Assembly (NCBI GenBank): GCA_003516025.1
Contig: CP023991.1
Span: forward strand, 180,001 to 212,000
Direction of reading: 5' to 3'
Source: Candidatus Saccharimonadota bacterium
GTDB taxonomy: Bacteria; Patescibacteriota; Saccharimonadia; Saccharimonadales; UBA4665
Length of the DNA: 32,000 nucleotides
This document shows positions 1 through 9,133 of the stretch, piece after piece; within the stretch, counting starts at the first letter, position 1; each line of letters starts with the position of its first letter. A model generated the notes under the pieces. It had not been told where the DNA came from. It saw only the letters and a program-made list of their open reading frames with translations, and made no database searches. Both the position numbers and the translations under genes were made by a program.

Positions 1-241
1 GTACGCCAGCGCTGATCATAGTCGATAACTGCCGGGTAAATATCACCAGGTCGGCTAGTTTTACTTTTTTACTGCCACCGGACAGGGAGAAGAGGCTGCC
101 GGACTTTACGGCGCCTTCCCTGATACTGAGCGGGTGAATACCCTGATGGACGAGGTTGGCCAGTACCGCTTCTTTAGAGCCGCCTTCGACCGTGCCTTTT
201 ATTTCTTTGCCATCTTTAACTGCTTTGTATGAATATTGCAT
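1..241 (-). CDS. pilC: Type IV pilus / T2SS platform protein, PilC/GspF family; N-terminal fragment, gene runs off the window
   Basis: Reverse translation from the ATG at 241 gives MQYSYKAVKDGKEIKGTVEGGSKEAVLANLVHQGIHPLSIREG...KLADLVIFTRQLSTMISAGV. This is a typical GspF/PilC N-terminus and first F-domain motif. It starts 5 nt after the pilB stop. It is not in the ORF track because it is truncated by the window edge. Confidence 0.7.
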   Translation of the reverse strand, partial: MQYSYKAVKDGKEIKGTVEGGSKEAVLANLVHQGIHPLSIREGAVKSGSLFSLSGGSKKVKLADLVIFTRQLSTMISAGV

Positions 242-245
242 TAGT

Positions 246-2042
246 TTATTCTTCGCTGGTCACGCGCAGGACTTCTTCGATAGTCGTCTGGCCGCGCAAC
301 GCTTTTACCAGCCCGTCGACCTGCATGGTAACCATGCCATCTTTTATAGCGTGGTTCTGAATGTTTTCGCTGGTGTCGTTGGTGACAATCATTTTTTGGA
401 TGCCTGAGGTATTGTCGAGTACTTCGTAAATACCGATACGGCCGCGGTAACCCGTGTGATTGCAGCGGTCGCAACCATCATTATGGGCCCGCCATAATTT
501 TATAATGCCACTTGGTGTGCTACCAAGTTCAGCTTCGCCTTTATCGGGAGCGCCAATGCCGCCGGCGATCGCTTCTTTTTCCAGCTCATGCAACTTTTTC
601 ATAGTTTCAGTTTCGTCAAGATGGAAGCTCTTCTCCAAGTGCTCCAGCTCTTCCTGGGCGGGCTGATATGTCTCGCGGCAATCAACGCACAGCCGGCGAA
701 CCAGGCGTTGGCCCACAACGACACGCACTGTGCTGGCGATAAGGAATGGTTCGATCTGCATATCAAGCAGGCGGGGCAGACAGGTGGCGGCATTGTTGGT
801 ATGGAGTGTACTGAATACCAAGTGTCCGGTGAGGGCGGCCTGGACTGCCAGCTGGGCAGTTTCGCCATCGCGGATTTCTCCGATCATAATGACGTTTGGA
901 TCCTGGCGCAGCAGGGCGCGCAGCCCATTAGTGAATGTCATGCCGGCAACCGGATTGACTTGAGTTTGGTTGGCACCGAAAATGCGATACTCGACAGGAT
1001 CTTCGACCGTCGAAATATTAACCGATGGGTTATTAAGGATACTGAGTACACTAAATAAAGTCGTCGACTTGCCGGAGCCGGTCGGTCCGGTAACCAGAAT
1101 CATGCCGTGCGGCTGTACCATAGCTTTTTGGATATTTCTCAGCGCGATGCCCCAAAAACCCAGTTCTTCCAACGTGGCTGGTTTGCTGGTTTCATTAAGG
1201 ATACGCATGACAACTTTTTCACCGTCAACAATTGGCAGAGTGGAAACGCGCAAGGCATAGACCATACCGCCGACGTCTACTTTGAACCGGCCGTCTTGCG
1301 GCGCGCGGTGTTCGTCGATTTTTAAATTGCTCAGAATTTTTATGCGGCTGACCAGAGCGCCGAGGACTTTACGGGGCAGCTTATTAGCTTCGCGCAGTAC
1401 GCCGTCGATTCGATAGCGGATTACCACATGGTCTTCGCGCGGTTCGATGTGGATGTCGCTGGCACTGGCTTTAACGCCGTATTCAATAATAAGGTTCACT
1501 GTTTGGGCGATAGGCGAGTCTTCCGCGACCTCGTCTTCGCTGATCTCCTCGTCGACCTCTTCACTACCGGTTTCAATTGAGATAACTTTGGTCAGTTCGC
1601 TGGAAATGTTGCCCCGGTACTGGTCGAGGGCGCCTTGGATAAGAGAAGTGGTGGTTATGTGAAATGTAATGCTTGAACCCAATTGTTTGCGCAGGAAATT
1701 GATAGCCTGCACGTCGTCAGGGTCTTCAAGCGCGATCCGCTGGCTGCCGTCATCGTCTACGGCAAAAACAACCGCTTTATACTGGCGGGCGATCCGCTCG
1801 GGTATAAGCTTTAAGACATCACGGCTTAGCTCGCGTGGATTGAACTCCGCAAAGGGAACATCAATTTCTTTAGCGTACAGTTTTGTCAGCTCTTTTTCGC
1901 TGATAGCACCGGCTTTGATAACAATGTCCTGCAGCGGCTTTTTCTCAGCCTCTTCCTGTTCACGGAACGTCTTAATCTGGTCGTCACTAAACGAGTTAGT
2001 GGACCGTAACAATTTCTCGACTAAAACATCAGCTATGCGCAT
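246..2042 (-). CDS. pilB: Type IV pilus assembly / T2SS ATPase, GspE/PilB family
   Basis: It has a GspE-type N-terminal domain (DVPFAEF..LIPERIARQY), a Walker A GPTGSGKST, and the tetracysteine motif CVDC...CDRC followed by GYRGRIGIYE. The ATG at 2042 (MRIADV...) is preferred over the track start at 2069. Confidence 0.9.
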   Translation of the reverse strand: MRIADVLVEKLLRSTNSFSDDQIKTFREQEEAEKKPLQDIVIKAGAISEKELTKLYAKEIDVPFAEFNPRELSRDVLKLIPERIARQYKAVVFAVDDDGSQRIALEDPDDVQAINFLRKQLGSSITFHITTTSLIQGALDQYRGNISSELTKVISIETGSEEVDEEISEDEVAEDSPIAQTVNLIIEYGVKASASDIHIEPREDHVVIRYRIDGVLREANKLPRKVLGALVSRIKILSNLKIDEHRAPQDGRFKVDVGGMVYALRVSTLPIVDGEKVVMRILNETSKPATLEELGFWGIALRNIQKAMVQPHGMILVTGPTGSGKSTTLFSVLSILNNPSVNISTVEDPVEYRIFGANQTQVNPVAGMTFTNGLRALLRQDPNVIMIGEIRDGETAQLAVQAALTGHLVFSTLHTNNAATCLPRLLDMQIEPFLIASTVRVVVGQRLVRRLCVDCRETYQPAQEELEHLEKSFHLDETETMKKLHELEKEAIAGGIGAPDKGEAELGSTPSGIIKLWRAHNDGCDRCNHTGYRGRIGIYEVLDNTSGIQKMIVTNDTSENIQNHAIKDGMVTMQVDGLVKALRGQTTIEEVLRVTSEE

Positions 2043-2283
2043 GTACTTTCCCTTGTTGTGTGGGTGCACCCATCCTGCAAGTTATTTTAGCAGGATACGT
2101 CACAAACATAAACGCTTTACTTAAGAGGTTCGGTATTAACTATTTATTTCAGAATTTCTGATAGTTTTGGCGTAGGCCCAATGGGTCTGCTATATCTTTG
2201 TTACGCCAATACGAGGAGAAGCATTCGATTATGTAGCAGTACTAATATATATTTAACCTAAAGGTTAAGTTACTAATTTTGTG

Positions 2284-2312
2284 ATGACAAAATTAAGCAA
2301 AGGCAGTATAAT
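2284..2312 (+). promoter_or_regulatory. Candidate sigma70-type promoter for recA
   Basis: ATGACA (2284-2289), a 17-nt spacer, then TATAAT (2307-2312), about 60 nt upstream of the recA ATG. This is a pattern match only. Confidence 0.4.
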
Positions 2313-2372
2313 AAATATAACGACCGGAAGAATCGGGGAAGGTATATAACTACTACAATGGAGGGTACTATT

Positions 2373-3428
2373 ATGGCGGACGACGCTAAAACTACTAAAG
2401 CTGAAGCTAAAGCAGCGGCAGCGGCATCGGCCGTGAGCGAAGGCAAAAATAAAGCGCTTGGCCTGGCGCTTGAGACAATTGAAAAGCAATTCGGCAAGGG
2501 CTCCATTATGAAGCTCGGCGAATCAACGCATGTCAATGTTGAAACGACTCCAACAGGCTCCCTGTCTCTTGATTTAGCATTGGGCGGAGGCATCCCCAAG
2601 GGCCGTATAGTTGAGATTTATGGCCCTGAATCGAGCGGTAAGACTACGTTGACGCTGCACGCCATCGCTGAAATACAGAAACAAGGTGGTACGGCGGCAT
2701 TTATCGACGCCGAGCATGCCTTGGATCCAAGCTATGCGAAACGCATTGGTGTTGATGTTGAGAACCTGTTGCTCAGCCAGCCGGATAACGGTGAGCAGGC
2801 ATTGGAAATTACCGAAACGCTGGTACGCTCCAATGCGGTCGATCTTATTGTGGTGGACTCTGTCGCCGCCTTAGTACCCCGGGCTGAAATCGAGGGTGAG
2901 ATGGGTGACGCCCACATGGGGCTGCAGGCACGCTTGATGAGCCAGGCTCTCCGTAAGCTGACTGGTGTTATCTCACGATCACACACTACAGTTATTTTCA
3001 TTAACCAGATCCGTATGAAGATCGGCGTGATGTTTGGTAACCCTGAAACTACCACTGGTGGTAACGCCCTGAAATTCTACGCTTCAGTCCGTATGGATAT
3101 CCGCCGGATCTCGCAAATTAAGCAGGGTGACGCGGTTATTGGTAACCGCACCCGCGTAAAAGTGGTTAAGAACAAGATCGCGCCGCCGTTCCGCGAAGCT
3201 GAGTTTGACATCATGTATAACCAGGGTATCTCCAAGGCCGGTGATATCCTGGATCTAGCGGCTAACCGTAATATTGTTGAGAAGGCAGGTGCCTGGTATA
3301 GCTATAACGGCAGTAAGATTGGCCAGGGCCGTGAAGCTACCAAGAACTACTTGGTCGAAAACCCAACGGTTATGGAAGAAATTTCCGCTAAAGTCCGTGA
3401 AAGTGCCGCGCAGGAGTCAACACTCTAG
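2373..3428 (+). CDS. recA: Recombinase RecA
   Basis: Full-length RecA pattern: [23 protein letters not shown], Walker [53 protein letters not shown]. The ATG at 2373 follows the SD GGAGGG (2360-2365); the track start at 2358 contains that SD. Confidence 0.97.
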   Translation: MADDAKTTKAEAKAAAAASAVSEGKNKALGLALETIEKQFGKGSIMKLGESTHVNVETTPTGSLSLDLALGGGIPKGRIVEIYGPESSGKTTLTLHAIAEIQKQGGTAAFIDAEHALDPSYAKRIGVDVENLLLSQPDNGEQALEITETLVRSNAVDLIVVDSVAALVPRAEIEGEMGDAHMGLQARLMSQALRKLTGVISRSHTTVIFINQIRMKIGVMFGNPETTTGGNALKFYASVRMDIRRISQIKQGDAVIGNRTRVKVVKNKIAPPFREAEFDIMYNQGISKAGDILDLAANRNIVEKAGAWYSYNGSKIGQGREATKNYLVENPTVMEEISAKVRESAAQESTL

Positions 3429-3452
3429 TCGGCTGGTTTAAACCAGCCGGAC
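3428..3452 (+). other. GC-rich hairpin between recA and recX, without a T-tract
   Basis: CGGCTGG (3430-3436) pairs with CCAGCCG (3443-3449) around TTTAAA. No U-run follows, so this looks more like an attenuating or processing hairpin than a full terminator. Confidence 0.35.
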
Positions 3453-3462
3453 TCTATCGGTC

Positions 3463-4071
3463 ATGAAAATCACCGCTATCAAGCAGCAGGTTAAACGTGC
3501 TGGCAGGTTCTCTATATTTGTTGATGACAAGTACGCGTTTTCACTGAGCGAAAGCGCGTTGCTGGAGCAGCAAATACGCATTGGGCTAGAAGTTACCGCC
3601 GACGAGCTGCGGGGCTATAAAGACGCGTCGCAGTTCGACAAAGCCTACAATCTCGTTCTGGCATATGTTGCGCGCCGGCAGCGTAGTGAATGGGAATTGC
3701 GGGACTATTTTCGCCGCAAGGAAATAGACGAGGATGCCGCGGAAGTTATCCTAGGCCGCTTGAAGCGGTTTAATTATGTGAATGATCTGGCATTTGCCAC
3801 AAGCTGGGTTGAAAACCGGCGGCTATTAAAGCCAGTCAGCCGGCGGCGACTGAAGCTTGAACTCAAACAAAAGCATGTATCGGACAGTATAATAGCGCAA
3901 GTCTTAGAGGACGACACTACAACCGACCGCGACACCTTGCGGCAACTCGTTGACCGTAAGCGCCGCCAGAGCCGATACCAGGATGATACCAAGCTCATGC
4001 AGTACTTAGTACGCCAAGGTTATAATTATGACGATGTAAAATCGGTCCTAAATAATACGGCTGAATATTAG
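3463..4071 (+). CDS. recX: RecA regulator RecX
   Basis: 202 aa located directly downstream of recA. It shows a RecX-like repeated three-helix pattern (RRQRSEWELRDYFRRKEI..., LKLELKQKHVSD..., LMQYLVRQGYNYDDV). Confidence 0.9.
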   Translation: MKITAIKQQVKRAGRFSIFVDDKYAFSLSESALLEQQIRIGLEVTADELRGYKDASQFDKAYNLVLAYVARRQRSEWELRDYFRRKEIDEDAAEVILGRLKRFNYVNDLAFATSWVENRRLLKPVSRRRLKLELKQKHVSDSIIAQVLEDDTTTDRDTLRQLVDRKRRQSRYQDDTKLMQYLVRQGYNYDDVKSVLNNTAEY

Positions 4072-4583
4072 GCTGTTGCCGCGGCGCCGGCGGGAACAGT
4101 TTCAAGCAGTTCGTTAATTATAATTTTTTTAGGTGTGATCTCGTGAATCTGCGTTCGGTCAATGCTTAAATTTCCACCCGTGAAGCTTTTGAGTATGGAC
4201 TGTGAAACATACAGTTTTTGGATAAACATCGTCGTGGCTTCAAGCGCGTAGTCGTTAACCTTGCCCACTTTTTCCTGATTAACCGTTTCAACTGGCTTGC
4301 CGATAAGTTCGAATTTAAGCTCTATCACGTCACGCAAACGGATTAACTCTTCTGCGGAAACAAGCACGTCATGGTCGTCAATAACGAGACCTTGCGGCAA
4401 CACGTCTCGTATGTCCTGGTACAGTAAGATCAATTGTTGCTTATCCACGTTATCCTGGCAGTAGAACCCTTCAATTTTTAAATTATCCGGATTAATGATC
4501 GGTCCGGTAATTTCCGCTACAGGCGTACCGGTACGAAGTGACAGTACTGATTTATCAAGAATGGTTTCGGCCAGTTGGAGCAT
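4068..4583 (-). CDS. PRC-barrel domain protein (two PRC-like repeats)
   Basis: Two repeats of the pattern hydrophobic-x-G-x-VGxV-D-hydrophobic...I (SLRTGTPVAEITGPIINPDNLKIEGF and IGKPVETVNQEKVGKVNDYALEATT). The track start at 4631 is TTG, so the ATG at 4583 (MLQLAET) is preferred. Confidence 0.5.
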   Translation of the reverse strand: MLQLAETILDKSVLSLRTGTPVAEITGPIINPDNLKIEGFYCQDNVDKQQLILLYQDIRDVLPQGLVIDDHDVLVSAEELIRLRDVIELKFELIGKPVETVNQEKVGKVNDYALEATTMFIQKLYVSQSILKSFTGGNLSIDRTQIHEITPKKIIINELLETVPAGAAATA

Positions 4584-4711
4584 ACCCACAGTATATACCG
4601 CGCCCGGCGGCTCCAAAAGAATCTGCCTCAACTATTAACAGCTGCTGTCATAGAATCCGATTGATTATGCTGTAGCTTGCAACCACAAATCTCCATTCCT
4701 AGAATGGCAAT

Positions 4712-6145
4712 ATGTATCGAGGGAATCATTTATTTCGGACGGTGGCAAGCGTACTACTGGCGCTCCTCGTAGTCTTGTCGTCGAGGGCGGTCTACGCTAC
4801 CGCAGAACCCAGTATCGAGGCGCCCAGTGGTCTGACGCTGACACAAATCAAGATGACTGGGGATGAATTTCTGGTCGTACGAAACAACACCATGTCTACT
4901 ATCGCCAATTTAAGTAGCTACTGGCTGTACTACTATAACAACGTAAATCCTTTGGCCAGCGGCGTAAGCAACTCGTCACAGCAATTACCTGCGGGCTCGC
5001 TCGGCAGTGGCCAAAGCCTCTTATTGAGCGCTAACGGTATGGCAACTTGCGGCGCGGCAATCGCAGGCAAGTTAAATCTCGGCCTCGGTGATAGCGGTGG
5101 TTTTATACAGCTGGCCCAAACGAGTATGCAGAATGGGGCAGTAAGACAGGAAGTGCTTGATACTGTCTCGTGGAGTTCAACGGCGAGTGGCGGCATCAGC
5201 AATGTTCCTACGTCTACTAAGGCTCCGAACGCTGTCTGGTACCGCTACTCCACTCAGGACTCCGCAGGCGGATACGGATGGCAGCAGGCCGAGCTGGTTG
5301 CTACGGAAGCTTGCGTCTATAGTGTGGGGGCAGGAAGTGAAAACGTGCAACGCATTGATACTGAGCAGTTTGCCGAGGCAAGTAGCGTGCCGCCCGTGCA
5401 GATTATATCTATGGATGATGGTTCTGCATCAGGTGTAACAGGCGCCTTTATCCCGGATCGTGACCGTGGCTTGCAGGCACCGCTTATCAACGAACTTCTG
5501 CCCAATCCTGCCAGCCCCGCGAGTGATGACGCGGATGAATTTATTGAACTCTACAACCCTAATGACGCGATATTCGATCTCTCAGGATTTATGCTGCAAG
5601 TCGCCTCCACGACATCAGCCTCAGCCAAAACCTATAGTTTCCCAACTGGTACTCTGCTTGCCGCCCGCGGGTTTACTGCCTTTCGATCGTCGAATACGCA
5701 TATTAGTATGAGCAATAGTGGTGGCCAGGTGTGGCTACTAGACCCCTTCGCGAATGTCATTGGGCAGTCTACCCCGTACGGTACTGCCAAGGATGGCCAG
5801 GTGTGGGCATTAGCTAACGGCAAGTGGGCGTGGACCACCGAAGCTACCCCCGATAAATCTAATATTATTAAAGTACCACCGACGACCACTAAAAAATCAA
5901 CTAAAACTACGGTTTCTACAAAGACTGCGGGCTCAACGGCGGGTGCTTCAAAAACCACACAGACGGCCCAGTCTCCCAGCGCTCATTTCGAAGAAGATGC
6001 GGCAACTTCCAAAATTCATATTTACGTACTTGCTGCCGTAGCTATTCTCGCGGTACTATACGGTGCGTATGAGTACCGACATGACATTCTCAATCGAATC
6101 CACAAGTTTAGAAGAAACCGAGCAGTTCGCCAGCTCGCTCGGTAA
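4712..6145 (+). CDS. Secreted, membrane-anchored lamin-tail-domain (LTD) protein
   Basis: It has an N-terminal signal peptide (LLALLVVLSSRAVYA) and the LTD signature INELLPNPASPASDDADEFIELYNPNDAIFDLSGFML, plus a weaker N-terminal LTD-like copy. A Thr/Ser/Lys-rich linker and a C-terminal TM helix (IYVLAAVAILAVLYGAY) complete the protein. Confidence 0.75.
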   Translation: MYRGNHLFRTVASVLLALLVVLSSRAVYATAEPSIEAPSGLTLTQIKMTGDEFLVVRNNTMSTIANLSSYWLYYYNNVNPLASGVSNSSQQLPAGSLGSGQSLLLSANGMATCGAAIAGKLNLGLGDSGGFIQLAQTSMQNGAVRQEVLDTVSWSSTASGGISNVPTSTKAPNAVWYRYSTQDSAGGYGWQQAELVATEACVYSVGAGSENVQRIDTEQFAEASSVPPVQIISMDDGSASGVTGAFIPDRDRGLQAPLINELLPNPASPASDDADEFIELYNPNDAIFDLSGFMLQVASTTSASAKTYSFPTGTLLAARGFTAFRSSNTHISMSNSGGQVWLLDPFANVIGQSTPYGTAKDGQVWALANGKWAWTTEATPDKSNIIKVPPTTTKKSTKTTVSTKTAGSTAGASKTTQTAQSPSAHFEEDAATSKIHIYVLAAVAILAVLYGAYEYRHDILNRIHKFRRNRAVRQLAR

Positions 6146-6539
6146 TAAGTTGCGCGGCGGCGAGGTAATCGTGCTAAGCAGCGATCTCGGCGGTGGCAAA
6201 ACTGCTTTTGTGCGTGGACTGGCCCGCGGCATGGGCAGTACGGACCATGTCAGCAGCCCAACGTTTACTGTCAGCCGGGAATACAGGGCAGGAAACTTGG
6301 TACTCTATCACTTTGACTTTTACCGTCTGCAGGAACCCGGCGTTATCGCGGCCGAGCTGGAAGAGTTTCTTCATGACACGGCAGCGGTGGTAGCTATAGA
6401 GTGGGGCGTTATAGTTGAAGGTATCCTGCCAGACGATAAAGTTATTATTACTATTATGCGGACCGGCGAAAATGAGCGTCGCCTTACTTTCAGTTATCCC
6501 GAAACATTGCGTTACTTATTCCCGGAGCAAGCCGCATGA
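6081..6539 (+). CDS. tsaE: tRNA t6A37 biosynthesis ATPase TsaE (YjeE)
   Basis: GGEVIVLSSDLGGGKTAFVRGLARGMG...VSSPTFTVSREY...LYHFDFYRL matches the TsaE P-loop and SPTF motifs. The track start at 6063 is GTG; ATGs occur at 6069 and 6081. Any of these starts overlaps the 3' end of the LTD gene. Confidence 0.85.
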   Translation: MTFSIESTSLEETEQFASSLGNKLRGGEVIVLSSDLGGGKTAFVRGLARGMGSTDHVSSPTFTVSREYRAGNLVLYHFDFYRLQEPGVIAAELEEFLHDTAAVVAIEWGVIVEGILPDDKVIITIMRTGENERRLTFSYPETLRYLFPEQAA

Positions 6540-6928
6540 TCATACTCACTATCCGTACCGATAAACCTGAAGCCGAAGTTGGACTGTATGAAGATGCGAC
6601 TAAAACAGCTTACGAGACTTGGCACGCGCACCGGGCCCTGGCTGAAACTCTGCACCAAAAGATTACCAGCTTGCTAACCGGCAATGGAAAGAGCCTTAAA
6701 GACATAGACGGCATCGTCTGCTATAAGGGGCCGGGAAGCTTCACGGGGCTGAGAATCGGGCTTAGCATCGCTAATGCCTTGGCGTATAGTCTGCGGAGGC
6801 CAATCGTCGGGGAAACGGGTGAGCAGTGGATTGAAACCGGCTGCGCGCGGCTCACGAAAGGTGAAACTGAAACAGTCGCTATGCCCGAGTATGGCGCCGA
6901 CGTCCATATCACTGTACCGAAGCATTGA
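6536..6928 (+). CDS. tsaB: Short TsaB-like protein (N-terminal ASKHA half only)
   Basis: MIILTIRTDKPEAEVGLYED...IDGIVCYKGPGSFTGLRIGLSIANALAYSL is the TsaB N-terminal signature. It has an ATGA start/stop overlap with tsaE. It is only 130 aa, whereas classical TsaB is about 230 aa. Confidence 0.7.
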   Translation: MIILTIRTDKPEAEVGLYEDATKTAYETWHAHRALAETLHQKITSLLTGNGKSLKDIDGIVCYKGPGSFTGLRIGLSIANALAYSLRRPIVGETGEQWIETGCARLTKGETETVAMPEYGADVHITVPKH

Positions 6929-7108
6929 CGGCCTTGACTGGCCCGGCGTATAGTTCATGGTAGGACTTGCAAAATACTGACGCATTTCCGATGATGTTTA
7001 ATCACCCTTAATACCAAATTGATTTTCAGATCACCGTTTTATCCTGGCTAGTGAAGTGATAGCGATTGCCAATAGGCGGTTTTCAGAGTACGACAGAAAG
7101 GAACGACA

Positions 7109-8626
7109 ATGGAGATAATTCCCATTGTTCTGACCCTGCTAGTAGGCCTTGGCGCTGGATTCGGTGGAGCCACCGTTATTACCAAGCGCCGGATTGGTTC
7201 CGCGCAGGATCAGGCGGAAAAAGAACGCCAAGAGGCTAAAAAAGAAGCTGATAAACTGCTCGATGAAGCCCGTGAGGAAGCGACGCGCGTGGCGGAAACT
7301 GCCCGTAAGGAAGAACAGTCGCGGCGTAAAGAGCTGAAAGACCTGGAGCAGCGCCTCATTAACCGGGAGGAGACTCTCGACAGAAAACTCGACGACCTCG
7401 ACAAACGTAGCGAAAGCCTGCGCCGCGGTGAAGATGAAGTTGAAAAGCTAAAGAACGAAATTAGGGAAATCCGCAGCCGGCAGCAGGAAAAACTGGAAAA
7501 AGTCGCCAAGCTTTCCAAACAGGAAGCGGCTGAAAAGCTGATGCAGATGACCGAGCGTGACATACGCGGCGATCTGCTCGGGCTGGTATCCAAACTGCAG
7601 AGTGAAGCCCGCGACCAGGCGGAAGAACAGGCTGCCCTTATTCTTACGACCGCTATGGAACGCATGAGCAGCGAAGTGACTGCTGAGCGGACTGTTACCA
7701 GCGTCAAGCTGGAAGATGAAGATATGAAGGGCCGTATTATCGGCAAGGAAGGCCGCAACATCCAAAGTTTGCAGCGTGCCACCGGCGTCGACATTATGGT
7801 CGACGACACTCCTGGTTACATTGTCCTGAGCAGTTTTGACCCGATTCGGCGTGAAGTTGCCCGCATGGCGCTGGAAATGCTCATGAAAGATGGCCGAATC
7901 CACCCTGGCCGCATCGAAGAGGTGGTGGAGAAGGCTCAAAAGAATGTTGAAAAAGATGTCATTCGGGCCGGTGAAGATGCCGCCCGTGAGGTTGGTATCA
8001 TCGGCATTCCAAAAGAAATTCTGCATTTGCTTGGTGAACTCAAATACCGTACCAGCTATGGACAGAATGTTCTCAAGCACAGCACGGAAATGGCTCACAT
8101 CGCAGGCATTATCGCCGAAGAGGTTGGCGCTAATGTTAAGACCGCTAAATACGCGGCCCTGGTCCACGATTTAGGTAAGGCGCTGACGCACAAGATGGAA
8201 GGCAAACATCATCACATTAGCGGTGAAATGCTGCGTAAGTACGGCGCCCCGGAAGAAGTGGCTCTGGCTGCCGAGCAGCATCATGATGACGTCGAGGCAA
8301 CCACTGTTGAAGCTTTGATTGTCCGCACTGTGGACGCCATCAGCGCTTCGCGGCCGGGTGCCCGTAACATCTCAGCCGAAAACTTCGGCGAACGTATGCG
8401 CGAACTGGAAAATGTCGCTAACGGCTTCGAAGGCATCGAAAAGTCATACGCTATCAGCGCCGGCCGCGAAATCCGTGTCTTCGTCCGTCCGGGCCAAATT
8501 GACGACCTGAGTGCCATCAAACTAGCCCGCGACATCGCCACTAAAATTGAGTCGAGTATGCAGTATCCGGGAACCATCAAAGTTAACGTTATCCGTGAAA
8601 CGCGGGCTGTCGAGTTCGCGAAGTAA
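7109..8626 (+). CDS. rny: Ribonuclease Y
   Basis: N-terminal TM helix, a long charged coiled coil, a KH domain (GRIIGKEGRNIQSLQRATGVDIMVDDTPG) and an HD domain (HSTEMAHIAGIIAEEVG...ALVHDLGK). Confidence 0.95.
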   Translation: MEIIPIVLTLLVGLGAGFGGATVITKRRIGSAQDQAEKERQEAKKEADKLLDEAREEATRVAETARKEEQSRRKELKDLEQRLINREETLDRKLDDLDKRSESLRRGEDEVEKLKNEIREIRSRQQEKLEKVAKLSKQEAAEKLMQMTERDIRGDLLGLVSKLQSEARDQAEEQAALILTTAMERMSSEVTAERTVTSVKLEDEDMKGRIIGKEGRNIQSLQRATGVDIMVDDTPGYIVLSSFDPIRREVARMALEMLMKDGRIHPGRIEEVVEKAQKNVEKDVIRAGEDAAREVGIIGIPKEILHLLGELKYRTSYGQNVLKHSTEMAHIAGIIAEEVGANVKTAKYAALVHDLGKALTHKMEGKHHHISGEMLRKYGAPEEVALAAEQHHDDVEATTVEALIVRTVDAISASRPGARNISAENFGERMRELENVANGFEGIEKSYAISAGREIRVFVRPGQIDDLSAIKLARDIATKIESSMQYPGTIKVNVIRETRAVEFAK

Positions 8627-9129
8627 TGCCTGGCTACGAAGTACATACCGATACTAGGTCCGTTATTCATCCGGTAGAGCTACCGCCGTTGTTGCCAGCC
8701 GTAGCAGACCAGATCGCGGCCGATGCTTTCACGATGAAAGACGAACATCATGTCACGGTCATCCCGGCGTCGGTGGGTGATCAACTTGCCGATGAACAAT
8801 TAGGCCAGTTACAGGGCTATTTCGCGTCACTACCCGAACCCGAGCTAACCTTCCGCCCCAGTTTCCTGTACCGCGTCGCGAAGGAAAAGCAAGTAGACCA
8901 AACCGTCTATCCGCGCGAAGCATTAGTAGCTAGAGTCCAATCATATGACATCACGAGGGCCACTATCGGCGCTTACGCCATGCTTCATATCCCGATGCAT
9001 AAAGCATTCCTGCATGTTACGGTTGCAACCCGCCCTGATAACCCTTACGCCAGTCGTGGTATTGGTATCGATTCACCGCGTGAGTGGCAGGACCTTATGC
9101 CATGGGTCTATGCCCCGGAATGGCAATAA
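8626..9129 (+). CDS. 2H phosphoesterase superfamily protein (LigT/ThpR-like cyclic phosphodiesterase), putative
   Basis: Two H-x-T-x tetrads 88 residues apart (H42-V-T-V in EHHVTVIP, H130-V-T-V in FLHVTVAT), which is the defining 2H-fold arrangement. Its ATG overlaps the rny TAA by one nt (TAATG). Confidence 0.5.
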   Translation: MPGYEVHTDTRSVIHPVELPPLLPAVADQIAADAFTMKDEHHVTVIPASVGDQLADEQLGQLQGYFASLPEPELTFRPSFLYRVAKEKQVDQTVYPREALVARVQSYDITRATIGAYAMLHIPMHKAFLHVTVATRPDNPYASRGIGIDSPREWQDLMPWVYAPEWQ

Positions 9130-9133
9130 GACT

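Noticed and set aside
2265-2599. Minus-strand ORFs of 74 and 108 aa overlapping the recA promoter and 5' end
   Set aside because: They overlap the recA SD and N-terminus, and their translations are low-complexity (Ala/Ser/Cys runs). There is no independent support for them.
7210-8167. Long minus-strand ORFs (199 aa and 239 aa) inside rny
   Set aside because: They are antisense shadow ORFs of a highly biased, Glu/Lys/Arg-rich gene. Their products are low-complexity Ser/Arg/Phe-rich sequences with no motif, and RNase Y on the plus strand is unambiguous.
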